Shown one piece after another: positions 28,160-37,824 of a DNA stretch of 64,000 bases (position 1 is the first letter of the stretch; every line of letters starts with the position of its first letter). This DNA comes from Candidatus Omnitrophota bacterium (GTDB lineage: Bacteria; Omnitrophota; Gorgyraeia; Gygaellales; Profunditerraquicolaceae), in the NCBI GenBank assembly GCA_963805065.1, contig CAWDSS010000010.1:792359-856358 (forward strand). Reading direction: 5' to 3'. A program made the translations under genes and the position numbers. The notes below the pieces were generated by a model that was given only the letters and a program-made list of their open reading frames with translations, did no database searches and was not told the origin of the DNA.

Positions 28160-29143
28160 ATGCCAAATTTAAGGTTTGGGTCTTTGATTCTAATTTGTAG
28201 TTGTGTGTGTTTCCTTTCCCCATCCAAAAGTTATTGCACTCCCGCTCCTGATAACCGGGAATTAATTATTGCCCAGAGCCTAAACAACATGGAAGCTAAA
28301 ATGAACCCTGCTTCCAGCAGCCAAAATATTTCTTCGCAAGGCAATAAACAGAAAGATTCAGAAAATAGCGTAATATCAAAACGCGATAGTGTCATCGAAA
28401 AGGATATGCTTAAAGCAGGGTTATACATTTCTGCTGGTTTTGATATGAACCTTATCCATTATTCAGAATGGTCCGGGGGAGTTAAACTGGATGAAGATTA
28501 CGGCAGCCACACCGGCTCTTATTGGGTTGTCGGCTACAGAAGCCCTAACTATTATAATTGTGATGATTGGATTTTGGGTAAACCTTATATCGAAGGTTAT
28601 TATACGCAATACGCTAATTTCATACATTATAAAGGGGCATTGATTGGGGGTGGGCCTTATAATGCTAATCAAAGGTCTGAAGTTAAAGAATTTGGCGTGA
28701 AATTGGGTGGCTATGGTGATTTTTCAACCAAAGGAGAAATATACAGTTATATTGACATAGGCAAGAGAGTTTGGAATAGAGGCGAAGACGATGCGCCGGA
28801 TTATCATGAAAAATATTACTGGGTCTATACCGGATTGGGGATAGGCATTAATTATAACTTTTTTCCCAGGTTAACTGCCGGCTTCGAAGCAGAATATTTG
28901 TTCACTTATAGGCCTAAAATGCATGCAGATAATATAGATACCACTTTTACATTAGGACACGTCTGGGGCACTAACTTAAGAATGCCGATAAAATATTACG
29001 TTTTAAAAAATCTTTCTTTAGACCTGACTCCTTATTTTACATATTGGCAGATTCATGCTTCTAATGTTTTGGATGGATGGTATGAGCCGCAGAGCAAAAC
29101 CCATTTGGAAGGTTTACTCCTAGGGCTTACCTATTCATTTTAA
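28160..29143 (+). CDS. putative outer-membrane beta-barrel protein
   Basis: Signal-like N-terminus. Tyr/Gly-rich alternating strands. C-terminal ..LTYSF. Confidence 0.4.
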   Translation: MPNLRFGSLILICSCVCFLSPSKSYCTPAPDNRELIIAQSLNNMEAKMNPASSSQNISSQGNKQKDSENSVISKRDSVIEKDMLKAGLYISAGFDMNLIHYSEWSGGVKLDEDYGSHTGSYWVVGYRSPNYYNCDDWILGKPYIEGYYTQYANFIHYKGALIGGGPYNANQRSEVKEFGVKLGGYGDFSTKGEIYSYIDIGKRVWNRGEDDAPDYHEKYYWVYTGLGIGINYNFFPRLTAGFEAEYLFTYRPKMHADNIDTTFTLGHVWGTNLRMPIKYYVLKNLSLDLTPYFTYWQIHASNVLDGWYEPQSKTHLEGLLLGLTYSF

Positions 29144-29177
29144 TAGAGGCTGGCCAATAACTCCCTTCTTTTTATCC

Positions 29178-29206
29178 TTGACCCCCCAAATTTAGTGTTA
29201 TATAAT
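29178..29206 (+). promoter_or_regulatory. putative sigma70 promoter (TTGACC, 17-nt spacer, TATAAT)
   Basis: Read directly, about 40 nt upstream of the EF-G paralog. Confidence 0.5.
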
Positions 29207-29243
29207 AAAAATCCTTTCGTAATTAATAACGATAAAGGAGCGC

Positions 29244-31208
29244 TTGAATATGGATGCCAAAAACAAAAGAAATTTTATCCTTTTAGGGCATGCGCAGTGT
29301 GGTAAGACCTCCCTTACCGAGAGTATTTTGTACTTTTGCAAGGCAACCAACCGTAAAGGCACGGTTGCTGACGGCACGACTGTCAGCGATTACAGCCACG
29401 ATGAAATAGAGAGAAAAAGCTCCATAAACTCAGGTTTTGCTTTTTGCGATTATAAAGGCACGAGATTGCAGATTATTGATGCCCCGGGTTATGCGGATTT
29501 CTTCGGAGAGGTGCTTTCCGGCATCCGCGCAGTAGACGGCGCCATTGTTGTAGTGGACGTTACATCCGGGGTAGAAGTAGGCACGGAAAACGTATGGCAG
29601 ATATTGGAAGAGTTCAATTTGCCTTGTTTGATATTCATTAACAAAATAGATAAGGAAGGCGTTGATGTAAATAAGGCGTTACAGGATATAAAAAATGCGC
29701 TTTCTAAAAAAGCAGTTATCATAGATTCTCGGGATGACCCTGACTTAATTGAAGCAATTGCCGAAAGCGACGATAAGTTGTTGGAAAAATACCTGGAAGG
29801 GACCAAATTAACGCCTGATGAAATAAAGGCAGGGTTAACCCAGGCTGTAATAAAACGAAAAATTTTCCCGGTATTTGCAGGCTCTGCTTCTACTGATAAA
29901 GGCATAGCTGAATTATTAGACGCCGTACAACAATATTTGCCCTCTCCTTTAGAGCGGGAAAAAATAATTGCCAGCAACCCTTTAAAGCCGGAAGAGAAGA
30001 AAGAAATCCTGCCTAGTCAAGAGGGCGGTTTTGTCGCCTTTGTGTTTAAAAGCATATCCGATCCTTACGTAGGCCAACTTTCTTTGTTAAGGGTGTTTGC
30101 GGGTAAACTTTTGTCAAATACCTCATTTTATAATGTAAACAAGCAGGTCAAAGAAAGAATCGGCCAGATTTACATATTACAGGGAAAGGAACAAAGGGCT
30201 ATTGAGGAAGCTGTTTGTGGAGATATAGTAGCTATAGCCAAATTAAAAGAAACACTGACCTCTGATACGCTTACCGATGGCAAAGAACAAGTGATATTTG
30301 ATCCCATAATTTTCCCAGAACCGGCGATTTCCGCTTCGGTAAAACCTAAATCCCGGCAGGATGAGGATAAAATATCAGGGGCGCTGCAGAAACTCGCTGC
30401 AGAAGACCCCACTTTTAAGGTTAGCCACGATCCACAGACCAAAGAATTAATTATTTCCGGGTTAGGAGATTTGCATTTGTCTGTAATGGTAGAGAGAATG
30501 AAAAAAAGATTCAATGTGGAAGTTGAATTAGGCACCCCCAAGGTTTCTTATAAAGAAACAATTACTAAAAGCGTTAAAGTGCAGGGAAAATTCAAACGCC
30601 AGTCAGGAGGCCGCGGCCAGTATGGAGATGTCTGGATTGAAGTGCAGCCTTTGGAAAGAGGCGGGGGATTTGAATTTGTGGATAAAATCTTTGGCGGAGC
30701 TATACCAAGGAATTTCATACCTTCAGCGGAAAAAGGAGTAAGGCAGGCATGTTTAGAAGGTGCAGTGGCAGGCTATCCCATACAGGATATCAGGGTAATT
30801 TTATATGACGGCTCTTATCATGAAGTCGATTCTTCTGATATGGCCTTTCAGATTGCAGGAGGCATGGCATTGAGAAAAGCCGTGCTTGAGGCAGGGCCGG
30901 CATTATTAGAGCCGATAATGGATGTGGAAATTGTAATTCCCGAAGAATGTCTGGGTGCTATATCCGGGGATGTCAATTCCCGTCGCGGCCGCATTATGGG
31001 TATGGATGTTAAGGGCAGATTGCAGATTATGAAAGCCCAGGTTCCTCTCGCAGAGATGTTTACCTATGCAAATGACCTGCGTTCTCTTACCGGAGGCAGG
31101 GGCTCTTATACAATGCGTTTTTCTCATTACGAAGAGGTTCCCCATAAAGTTGCCACCGGCATAATAAGCAAATACCAGGCCTCCAAGAAACAGGAAGAAG
31201 AACAATAA
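29244..31208 (+). CDS. elongation factor G paralog (654 aa, stand-alone)
   Basis: G1 GHAQCGKT, G3 DAPGYADF, G4 NKID. Domain IV/V motifs (GGRGQYG, ...EPIM). It is not in an rpsL-rpsG-fusA context. Confidence 0.8.
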   Translation: MNMDAKNKRNFILLGHAQCGKTSLTESILYFCKATNRKGTVADGTTVSDYSHDEIERKSSINSGFAFCDYKGTRLQIIDAPGYADFFGEVLSGIRAVDGAIVVVDVTSGVEVGTENVWQILEEFNLPCLIFINKIDKEGVDVNKALQDIKNALSKKAVIIDSRDDPDLIEAIAESDDKLLEKYLEGTKLTPDEIKAGLTQAVIKRKIFPVFAGSASTDKGIAELLDAVQQYLPSPLEREKIIASNPLKPEEKKEILPSQEGGFVAFVFKSISDPYVGQLSLLRVFAGKLLSNTSFYNVNKQVKERIGQIYILQGKEQRAIEEAVCGDIVAIAKLKETLTSDTLTDGKEQVIFDPIIFPEPAISASVKPKSRQDEDKISGALQKLAAEDPTFKVSHDPQTKELIISGLGDLHLSVMVERMKKRFNVEVELGTPKVSYKETITKSVKVQGKFKRQSGGRGQYGDVWIEVQPLERGGGFEFVDKIFGGAIPRNFIPSAEKGVRQACLEGAVAGYPIQDIRVILYDGSYHEVDSSDMAFQIAGGMALRKAVLEAGPALLEPIMDVEIVIPEECLGAISGDVNSRRGRIMGMDVKGRLQIMKAQVPLAEMFTYANDLRSLTGGRGSYTMRFSHYEEVPHKVATGIISKYQASKKQEEEQ

Positions 31209-31214
31209 ATAAGC

Positions 31215-31916
31215 GTGAAAATATCCCTATTCTCTATCCCGGAAATAAATTTAGGCAAGCATAACGTTAAGGATTCCCGCCTCGACCAGGTCGACAGCAT
31301 AACCAAATCCAAGAAAAAGACCTATATACAGGTTGAATTAGTAGGAGAGGATGCTTTGTTGGATGCAGACGCTGTCCTTGTGCTAAAAGATTCACGCACG
31401 GATTTAATTTTAAAAGATTTGGAATTTGTGGAAACCCGCCTTAGCCGTAGCGAAGAGGAGCAGGAAAAAGCACTGCTGAATAAACTAAAGGCAACGTTAG
31501 AAAAAGAAGAATTTATTTTTAACACAGGTCTGACAGAAGAAGAGAGAAAATTGATGTCCAGTTACGGGCTATGCACAAATAAACCTATAAGCTTAGCGCA
31601 AAATAGCGATTTGGAAAATAAGGATGAATTATTGGCAAGGTGCGTTCGAGAAAGCGGCTTTATCAGTTTTTTTACTACCGGCGAGAAAGAAACACGCGCC
31701 TGGTTGATTAAAAAAGGCATTACTGCCTGGGAGGCTGCAGGAGAAATACATTCCGACATACAGAGAGGATTTATCCGCGCTGAGATTATTAGCTTCAATG
31801 ATTTTATGCAGGCAGGAGGTGAAACGCAGGCAAAACAAGCAGGTAAGCTGAGGTTGGAACAGAAAGATTATGTTATGCAAGACGCTGATCTTGCGAATTT
31901 TCGTTTTAATAAATAA
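31215..31916 (+). CDS. YchF/OLA1-like protein with a degenerate G domain (DUF933 C-terminus retained)
   Basis: The C-terminus TRAWLIKKGITAWEAAGEIHSDIQRGFIRAEII...DADLANFRFN matches YchF. The N-terminus lacks GxxxxGKS and DxxG. Confidence 0.65.
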   Translation: MKISLFSIPEINLGKHNVKDSRLDQVDSITKSKKKTYIQVELVGEDALLDADAVLVLKDSRTDLILKDLEFVETRLSRSEEEQEKALLNKLKATLEKEEFIFNTGLTEEERKLMSSYGLCTNKPISLAQNSDLENKDELLARCVRESGFISFFTTGEKETRAWLIKKGITAWEAAGEIHSDIQRGFIRAEIISFNDFMQAGGETQAKQAGKLRLEQKDYVMQDADLANFRFNK

Positions 31917-31936
31917 TTAAGGGAGGATTGGGGAAA

Positions 31937-33493
31937 ATGGTGAAGATTAAGCGGGCTTTGATTAGCGTGTCGGATAAAACAGGGATTTTGGAGCTTGCCA
32001 AAGAATTGGATAAATTCGGCGTAGAAATTCTTTCTACGGGAGGCACGGCAAAGTTGCTGCGCGATAACAATATCCCAGTAAAAGAAGTTTCTGAATATAC
32101 GGGTTTTCCGGAAATGCTGGATGGAAGAGTCAAGACCCTGCACCCTAAGATTCACGGAGGACTTTTGGCTTTAAGAAAAAACAGCGAGCATATGAAGACG
32201 CTTGAAGAACATAACATCGGCCTTATAGATATGGTAGTGGTTAATCTTTATCCTTTTAGTGAAACAACCCAAAAGCCAGGCGTAACCATCGAAGAAGTTA
32301 TAGAAAACATAGATATCGGAGGCCCATCAATGCTACGCTCCGCGGCTAAAAATCATCAGTCAGTAGCTGTTATCTGTAATCCTGGCCGTTACAGCCAGGT
32401 AGCAGAAGAGTTAAGAAAAAATAAAGGGTCATTGCCTGAGGATTTAATGCGCGGTTTAGCCATAGAGGTATTTAACCAGACTAGCCACTATGACGGATTA
32501 ATCTATAATTATTTAAATAATTATTTTAAAGCAAAGGCACAGTCGAGCGCGTTTACGGATAACCTGGTTTTAAGTTTTGAAAAGATACAGGATTTACGTT
32601 ACGGAGAAAACCCGCATCAGAAAGCAGCCTTTTACAAAGAAAAGGGAAGGCTCAAAGGTTTAATAAATTTGAAACAATTGCAGGGTAAAGAACTCTCCTT
32701 TAATAATATATTGGACTTGAATGCCGCATTTGAATTGGTGAAAGAATTTAGTAATCCTGCAGTAGTAATTGTGAAACATAACAATCCTTGCGGCGTAGCT
32801 GAAGATAAGGCACTGGATAAGGCTTTTTATTCGGCTTGGAAATGTGACCCGCTTTCTGCATTCGGCGGCATCGTGGCTTTGAACAGAAAACTTGACGCAA
32901 AGACTGCAAAAATCATTGCTAAAAGCGGATTTCTAGAGTGTATAATTGCCCCGGCTTTTGAAAAAGAAGCGGTAGGGTTATTTAAAGATAAAAAGAACCT
33001 GCGATTATTAGAATTAGCGGATATCGAACCTGTAGTTGAAACTGAATTCAAGCATGTCAGTGGCGGGCTGTTACTGCAAGACAAGGACCTGGAAACCTTG
33101 AATATGAACAACTTGAAAGTTGTCACTAAAAAGAAGCCCACAAAAAAAGAATTGGAAAGCTTAATTTTCGGATGGAAGGTAGCAAAGCACGTAAAATCAA
33201 ATGCAATTGTCCTCACCAAAGATACCAAGACCGTAGGCATTGGAGCGGGTCAAATGTCCAGGGTTGATTCCGTAATGATTGCCAGGAAAAAAGCAGGAAC
33301 ATTAAGCAAGAATTCCTGTCTTGCTTCAGATGCATTTTTCCCGAAGGCAGATGCGATTATAGAGGCTGCCAAGGCCGGTGTTAAAGCTATTATCCAGCCC
33401 GGAGGCTCAATCTCCGATGAGGAAATAATCAAGACCTGTGACAAATATAAGCTATCCATGGTTACCACAGCTATAAGGCATTTCAGGCATTAA
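31937..33493 (+). CDS. purH: bifunctional AICAR transformylase / IMP cyclohydrolase
   Basis: ALISVSDKTG, GRVKTLHP and IIQPGGS motifs. The ATG at 31937 is preceded by a GGGAGGA SD. Confidence 0.92.
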   Translation: MVKIKRALISVSDKTGILELAKELDKFGVEILSTGGTAKLLRDNNIPVKEVSEYTGFPEMLDGRVKTLHPKIHGGLLALRKNSEHMKTLEEHNIGLIDMVVVNLYPFSETTQKPGVTIEEVIENIDIGGPSMLRSAAKNHQSVAVICNPGRYSQVAEELRKNKGSLPEDLMRGLAIEVFNQTSHYDGLIYNYLNNYFKAKAQSSAFTDNLVLSFEKIQDLRYGENPHQKAAFYKEKGRLKGLINLKQLQGKELSFNNILDLNAAFELVKEFSNPAVVIVKHNNPCGVAEDKALDKAFYSAWKCDPLSAFGGIVALNRKLDAKTAKIIAKSGFLECIIAPAFEKEAVGLFKDKKNLRLLELADIEPVVETEFKHVSGGLLLQDKDLETLNMNNLKVVTKKKPTKKELESLIFGWKVAKHVKSNAIVLTKDTKTVGIGAGQMSRVDSVMIARKKAGTLSKNSCLASDAFFPKADAIIEAAKAGVKAIIQPGGSISDEEIIKTCDKYKLSMVTTAIRHFRH

Positions 33494-33496
33494 TGC

Positions 33497-34852
33497 ATGA
33501 CTTATCCAGAAGCAGTCAAGTATCTGGAATCTTTTATTAACTACGAAAAAATCCCCGCCTATCCTTACAAGGAGTCTTGTAAGCTGGAACGCATTAAAGA
33601 CTTTTTAGGCTTAATCGGTAACCCGCAAAACTCTCTTAAGACGATTCATATTGCCGGGACAAAAGGAAAGGGCTCAACCTGCGTTTTTATAGCCCATATA
33701 TTACGGCAGGCAGGTTACGCTACAGGCCTTTATACATCTCCGCATTTATCTGACTTCAGGGAGCGGATACGAATATTGATTCCCAGAACCCAGAACCCAG
33801 AACCCAGAACCGATTTCGAGGGTATGATCTCTAAGGATGAATTAACCTTGTTGGTAAAAAAGCTTAAACCCTCAGTAGAAACATTCAATAAAAATTCAGA
33901 ATACGGTCCCCTTTCTTTTTTTGAAGTATATACTGCATTAGCTTTCCTGTATTTTAAGAACAAAAATGTCGATTTTGCGGTATTGGAAACGGGTTTAGGA
34001 GGCAGGCTCGATGCCACTAATGCCTCTGATTCTTTTGTCTGTGCTTTAACTTCTCTAAGTTATGAACATACACAGAAATTGGGTAACGCCCTAAGAGAAA
34101 TAGCTGCTGAGAAAGCAGGAATCATAAAAAGGCAAAAGGCAAAAGGCAAAAGGCAAAACTCAATTGTGATAAGCGCGCCGCAGGAAAAAGAGGCGATGGA
34201 TGTAATCAGAAAGCGGTGCAAAGAGACAAATGCCAAATTATACGAAGTCAATAAGGATATATTTTATGAGAAAACAATAAAAGGATTTAATCTGCTGGGT
34301 ATATATGGGGAATACCCGAATTTAGAAATCAGGCTTTTAGGCGATCATCAGTTGATAAACGCAAGCGTAGCAGTCGCTGCAATAGAGGCATTGCGCGATT
34401 TTGGTGTTATCATAGGCATTGATTCTATAAGAAGCGGCCTTTATAATACTGTCTGGCCTGGACGCTTGGAAGTCGTGGGCAGAAGTCCTTTAATAATATT
34501 AGACGGAGCGCAAAATATTGCTTCTGCTAAGGCAATAAAACAGGCAATTAAGGGAAATTTCAAATATAAAAGGCTGATACTGGTTTTAGGAATTTCCCAA
34601 GACAAGGATTTATCAGGCGTGTGTGGCGAGTTAAAGGATATAGCAGATGCGGTAATTTTGACTAAGGCCAACAACCCCAGGGCAACTGGCCCGCAAATGT
34701 TACGCAGCTATTTTAATGAAGAATGCGTCTTTATAACTAATAATGTTAAACAGGCAAAGCAAAAGGCACTGTCAATGGCTAACAAGGACGATTTAATTTT
34801 AGTTACAGGTTCTTTATTCGTTGTCGGAGAATTCAGGGATGTTAAAATTTAA
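33497..34852 (+). CDS. folC: folylpolyglutamate synthase / dihydrofolate synthase
   Basis: HIAGTKGKGST, YTSPHL, ETGLGGRLDATN and DGAQN. Confidence 0.88.
   Translation: MTYPEAVKYLESFINYEKIPAYPYKESCKLERIKDFLGLIGNPQNSLKTIHIAGTKGKGSTCVFIAHILRQAGYATGLYTSPHLSDFRERIRILIPRTQNPEPRTDFEGMISKDELTLLVKKLKPSVETFNKNSEYGPLSFFEVYTALAFLYFKNKNVDFAVLETGLGGRLDATNASDSFVCALTSLSYEHTQKLGNALREIAAEKAGIIKRQKAKGKRQNSIVISAPQEKEAMDVIRKRCKETNAKLYEVNKDIFYEKTIKGFNLLGIYGEYPNLEIRLLGDHQLINASVAVAAIEALRDFGVIIGIDSIRSGLYNTVWPGRLEVVGRSPLIILDGAQNIASAKAIKQAIKGNFKYKRLILVLGISQDKDLSGVCGELKDIADAVILTKANNPRATGPQMLRSYFNEECVFITNNVKQAKQKALSMANKDDLILVTGSLFVVGEFRDVKI
33782..33811. repeat. heptanucleotide tandem repeat (CCCAGAA)x4.3 inside folC
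   Basis: Read directly. It encodes ..PRTQNPEPRT.., inserted after the conserved FRERI motif. Confidence 0.9.
34131..34158. repeat. heptanucleotide tandem repeat (GGCAAAA)x4 inside folC
   Basis: Read directly. It encodes ..KAKGKRQN.., inserted after the conserved EKAGIIK motif. Confidence 0.9.
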
Positions 34853-36221
34853 TACAAACGATACAATTGTCGCTATTGCCACTTCCATGGGGGAATCTGG
34901 AATAGGAATTGTACGTATCAGCGGCAAATGCGCTTTAAAAATCGCCGACAGAATATTTGTTTCCAAGAATAACCAAAAGGCCTCGACTTTTAAGACCTAC
35001 ACCACCCATTATGGATGGATAATGGATAAAGGAGAAATTATCGACGAGGTAATATTAACAATAATGCGTAAGCCGCGCTCTTTTACCAGGGAAGATGTTG
35101 TGGAAATCAATTGCCACGGGGGGCTAGTGGCTTTACGCAGGGTCCTTGAGCTGGTTTTGGAAAATAACTGCCGGTTGGCAGAGCCTGGAGAATTTACAAA
35201 AAGGGCTTTTTTAAACGGCAGAATTGACCTTACGCAGGCAGAGGCAGTCTTAGATATTATCCGCGCCAAAACGGATTGCGCATTAAACATAGGGTTAGAG
35301 CAATTAAGGGGAGGCTTATCCGGCAAGATAAATAAAATCAGAAAAAGACTTTTGGATATTGTTTCCCAGATGGAAGCAAACATTGATTTTCCGGAGGAAG
35401 AAATAGGCTCCGCTAATTTAAAACAAATGCGAGAGAATTTGCTTGATATAAATAATGAGCTGCTAAATATACTAGCGACTTCTAAGCGTGGAAGGATAAT
35501 GCGAGAAGGAATACACGTGGTTATATGCGGAAAACCTAACGTGGGCAAGTCTTCGCTTTTAAATGCGTTATTGAAACAGGAGCGCTCCATTGTCACTCCC
35601 GTAGCCGGCACAACCCGTGACACCATAGAGGAGATAATCGACATAAAAGGCATACCCGTGAGGATCGTCGATACAGCCGGAATCCTGGAACCAAAGGATT
35701 TAATAGAGAAAAAAGCAGTCCAGCGTTCAAAAAGGCATATTGGCTTGGCTGATCTTGTAATTCTTGTGTTTGACGGCAGCAGGCCATTGACCGATAATGA
35801 TGAGTTGCTTATGCGCAAATTAAATAAAGGCAACGTGATTGCTGCGATAAATAAATCAGACCTAAGACAACTCATCAAGCGCGAAAAGATTTTGAAAAAA
35901 TTTAAATACGTGGTGGATATTTCGGCAAAAAAACTTAAAAACATAAATCTCCTGGAAGACAAAATTGTTAACCTGGTTTATGGCGGGAAAGTAGCAATTA
36001 ATGAGCCGGTAACCCTGAATAATTTAAGGCACATATCCTCCATGCAGGAAGCACAAATTCTTATTGCGCAAGCAGTTAATTCATCGGATAATAATTTGTC
36101 CCTTGAATTCGTTTCCCAAAGCCTCAAGGATGCGCTTTTGTATTTGGATGACATATTGGGTTTAAGGTTCAGTGAAGACTTGCTGGATAAGATATTCAGC
36201 GATTTTTGTATCGGCAAATAA
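34839..36221 (+). CDS. mnmE: tRNA uridine-5-carboxymethylaminomethyl modification GTPase MnmE
   Basis: N-terminal DTIVAIAT, GKPNVGKSSLLN, DTAG, C-terminal CIGK. Start taken at the internal ATG 34839. Confidence 0.9.
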   Translation: MLKFNTNDTIVAIATSMGESGIGIVRISGKCALKIADRIFVSKNNQKASTFKTYTTHYGWIMDKGEIIDEVILTIMRKPRSFTREDVVEINCHGGLVALRRVLELVLENNCRLAEPGEFTKRAFLNGRIDLTQAEAVLDIIRAKTDCALNIGLEQLRGGLSGKINKIRKRLLDIVSQMEANIDFPEEEIGSANLKQMRENLLDINNELLNILATSKRGRIMREGIHVVICGKPNVGKSSLLNALLKQERSIVTPVAGTTRDTIEEIIDIKGIPVRIVDTAGILEPKDLIEKKAVQRSKRHIGLADLVILVFDGSRPLTDNDELLMRKLNKGNVIAAINKSDLRQLIKREKILKKFKYVVDISAKKLKNINLLEDKIVNLVYGGKVAINEPVTLNNLRHISSMQEAQILIAQAVNSSDNNLSLEFVSQSLKDALLYLDDILGLRFSEDLLDKIFSDFCIGK

Positions 36222-36225
36222 GTGA

Positions 36226-36386
36226 GGCCATAAGTTATGGAGAATAGTGCTAAACATGTATTCGACATAACTTATATGGCCGAACTTACCCAGCACTGAT
36301 TTTAGTTTATTATTACCAAAATTAGTGCTGGGTTAAATTCACACAATAACTTACTCACACTTAAGAGTGTTCGTAAGTTATGTGCT
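36226..36386 (+). promoter_or_regulatory. three consecutive hairpins between mnmE and folE, function unknown
   Basis: Hairpin 1: 36226-36239 pairs with 36266-36281. Hairpin 2: 36289-36304 pairs with 36318-36333. Hairpin 3: 36342-36386 is a near-perfect palindrome. ATAACTTA/TAAGTTAT occurs four times. Confidence 0.4.
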
Positions 36387-36403
36387 CATTTAAGGAGTAA
36401 ACT

Positions 36404-36961
36404 ATGGACAAGAAAAAAATAGAAAATGCAGTTAAGGATATTTTAGAGGCAATCGGAGAAAATCCCAAAAGAAAGGATCTCCTGGATACCCCTAAGCGCG
36501 TTGCCCAGATGTATGAAGAGATATTCTGCGGTATCCGTCAGAGCCCGAAAGAAGAGTTAGAGGTAGTCTTAGAGCAGAAACATAATGAAATCGTTCTCCT
36601 GAAAGGTATTCCCTTGTATAGCGTATGCGAACACCATCTATTACCATTCATAGGCAGAGCCCACGTGGCCTATATCCCCAAGAACGGCAGGGTGACGGGG
36701 TTGAGTAAAATCGCCAGGGTCGTAGATATTTTGTCCCGCCGGCCCCAGGTCCAGGAAAGGTTGACCACGCAGGTTGCGGATATAATTATGTCAAAGTTAA
36801 AACCGCTTGGCGTAATGGTGGTTGTTGAGGCAGAGCATCTTTGTATGTCTATGCGGGGAGTAAGAAAACCCGGGACCATGACCGTAACCTCTGCAGTAAG
36901 AGGCATTTTTAAGGAAAATCAGAAAACCCGTTCAGAAGCCCTGGCTTTAATGAAATCATGA
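36404..36961 (+). CDS. folE: GTP cyclohydrolase I
   Basis: [20 protein letters not shown] and [10 protein letters not shown]. Confidence 0.92.
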   Translation: MDKKKIENAVKDILEAIGENPKRKDLLDTPKRVAQMYEEIFCGIRQSPKEELEVVLEQKHNEIVLLKGIPLYSVCEHHLLPFIGRAHVAYIPKNGRVTGLSKIARVVDILSRRPQVQERLTTQVADIIMSKLKPLGVMVVVEAEHLCMSMRGVRKPGTMTVTSAVRGIFKENQKTRSEALALMKS

Positions 36962-37824
36962 AAAGGCTGTTCTTAAGTTTAGCCATACTGGTTTCTATCA
37001 ATTTGTTTATCGCCCGCCCCAATATCGAAGCGCAAACTATCAAGCGAGATAAAGAGTTTTTTTTCAAATCAGACACGCTGATTAAAATCTGCCTGTATTA
37101 TTCCTCTTTAAAAGATCATAAGACTGCCGCAAGGGCCTTAGATACAGCTTACAGGATTGCAAAACATATCAAAGAGCCAAATTCCCGGGCAATAATTTTA
37201 AATGAAATAGTGGATAAATATATGCTTATGGGTGAAAATGAATTAGCATATAGAGTGGTTGGGTATATCGCATTGTCAGACGTCCAATCCGAAGCATTCT
37301 TTAGGATTGCCTATAAAGCCACTGAGCTTAGGGACTTTGGTTTTGCCACCAAAGTAACAAAACAGATAAAGGACCCGTTTTCTAAGGCCAAGGCGTTTTA
37401 CAGGATAGTTTATAAACTGGATGATTTAGGATTGTATGAACAGGCGATTAAATATGCAAACGAATTTGAACAGTCGCAGATTCTTATTGATGAATTTTTG
37501 TCTGCAGAATATCTGGCAAGAGAGCTGCTTAAGGAAAAACCTGAGTTTAGTCCCAAAAATCTTATTATAGGCGGGCATTCTCTAGATTCGGTTAGCCAAG
37601 ATGAGTTATATAATGAGTCAAATAAACTTACCCAAGTAGCTGACCAGTATTTAGATTTATTTTTATTTGGGCTTTGCAAAAAAACCCTAATCAAAGCTAG
37701 TCTGATAGCCGGAAAATTGGATTCGCAATTATTAAAGCAAGACGTTTCCCAAAAAATTGCGCTAGCCGACAAACGCAGGATTAAACTGGAAAAATATTAC
37801 AAAATCCCCGAGGATAAACAATAA
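36958..37824 (+). CDS. hypothetical secreted helical-repeat protein
   Basis: Signal-like N-terminus. Repeated helical ~35-aa units. No catalytic motif. Confidence 0.4.
   Translation: MKRLFLSLAILVSINLFIARPNIEAQTIKRDKEFFFKSDTLIKICLYYSSLKDHKTAARALDTAYRIAKHIKEPNSRAIILNEIVDKYMLMGENELAYRVVGYIALSDVQSEAFFRIAYKATELRDFGFATKVTKQIKDPFSKAKAFYRIVYKLDDLGLYEQAIKYANEFEQSQILIDEFLSAEYLARELLKEKPEFSPKNLIIGGHSLDSVSQDELYNESNKLTQVADQYLDLFLFGLCKKTLIKASLIAGKLDSQLLKQDVSQKIALADKRRIKLEKYYKIPEDKQ

Noticed and set aside
31868-32155. Minus-strand ORFs overlapping the ychF-like/purH junction
   Set aside because: They are antisense to conserved purH N-terminal motifs and have no supporting signals.
35009-35962. 317-aa minus-strand ORF, together with similar long antisense ORFs (25022..25594, 29489..29977, 58438..59112, 52808..53365, 38722..39198)
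   Set aside because: Each is fully nested antisense to a gene with strong conserved motifs (mnmE, ATP-grasp, EF-G, KS, the coiled-coil protein, GT39). The translations are low-complexity Ser/Leu/Phe-rich. These are typical shadow ORFs.
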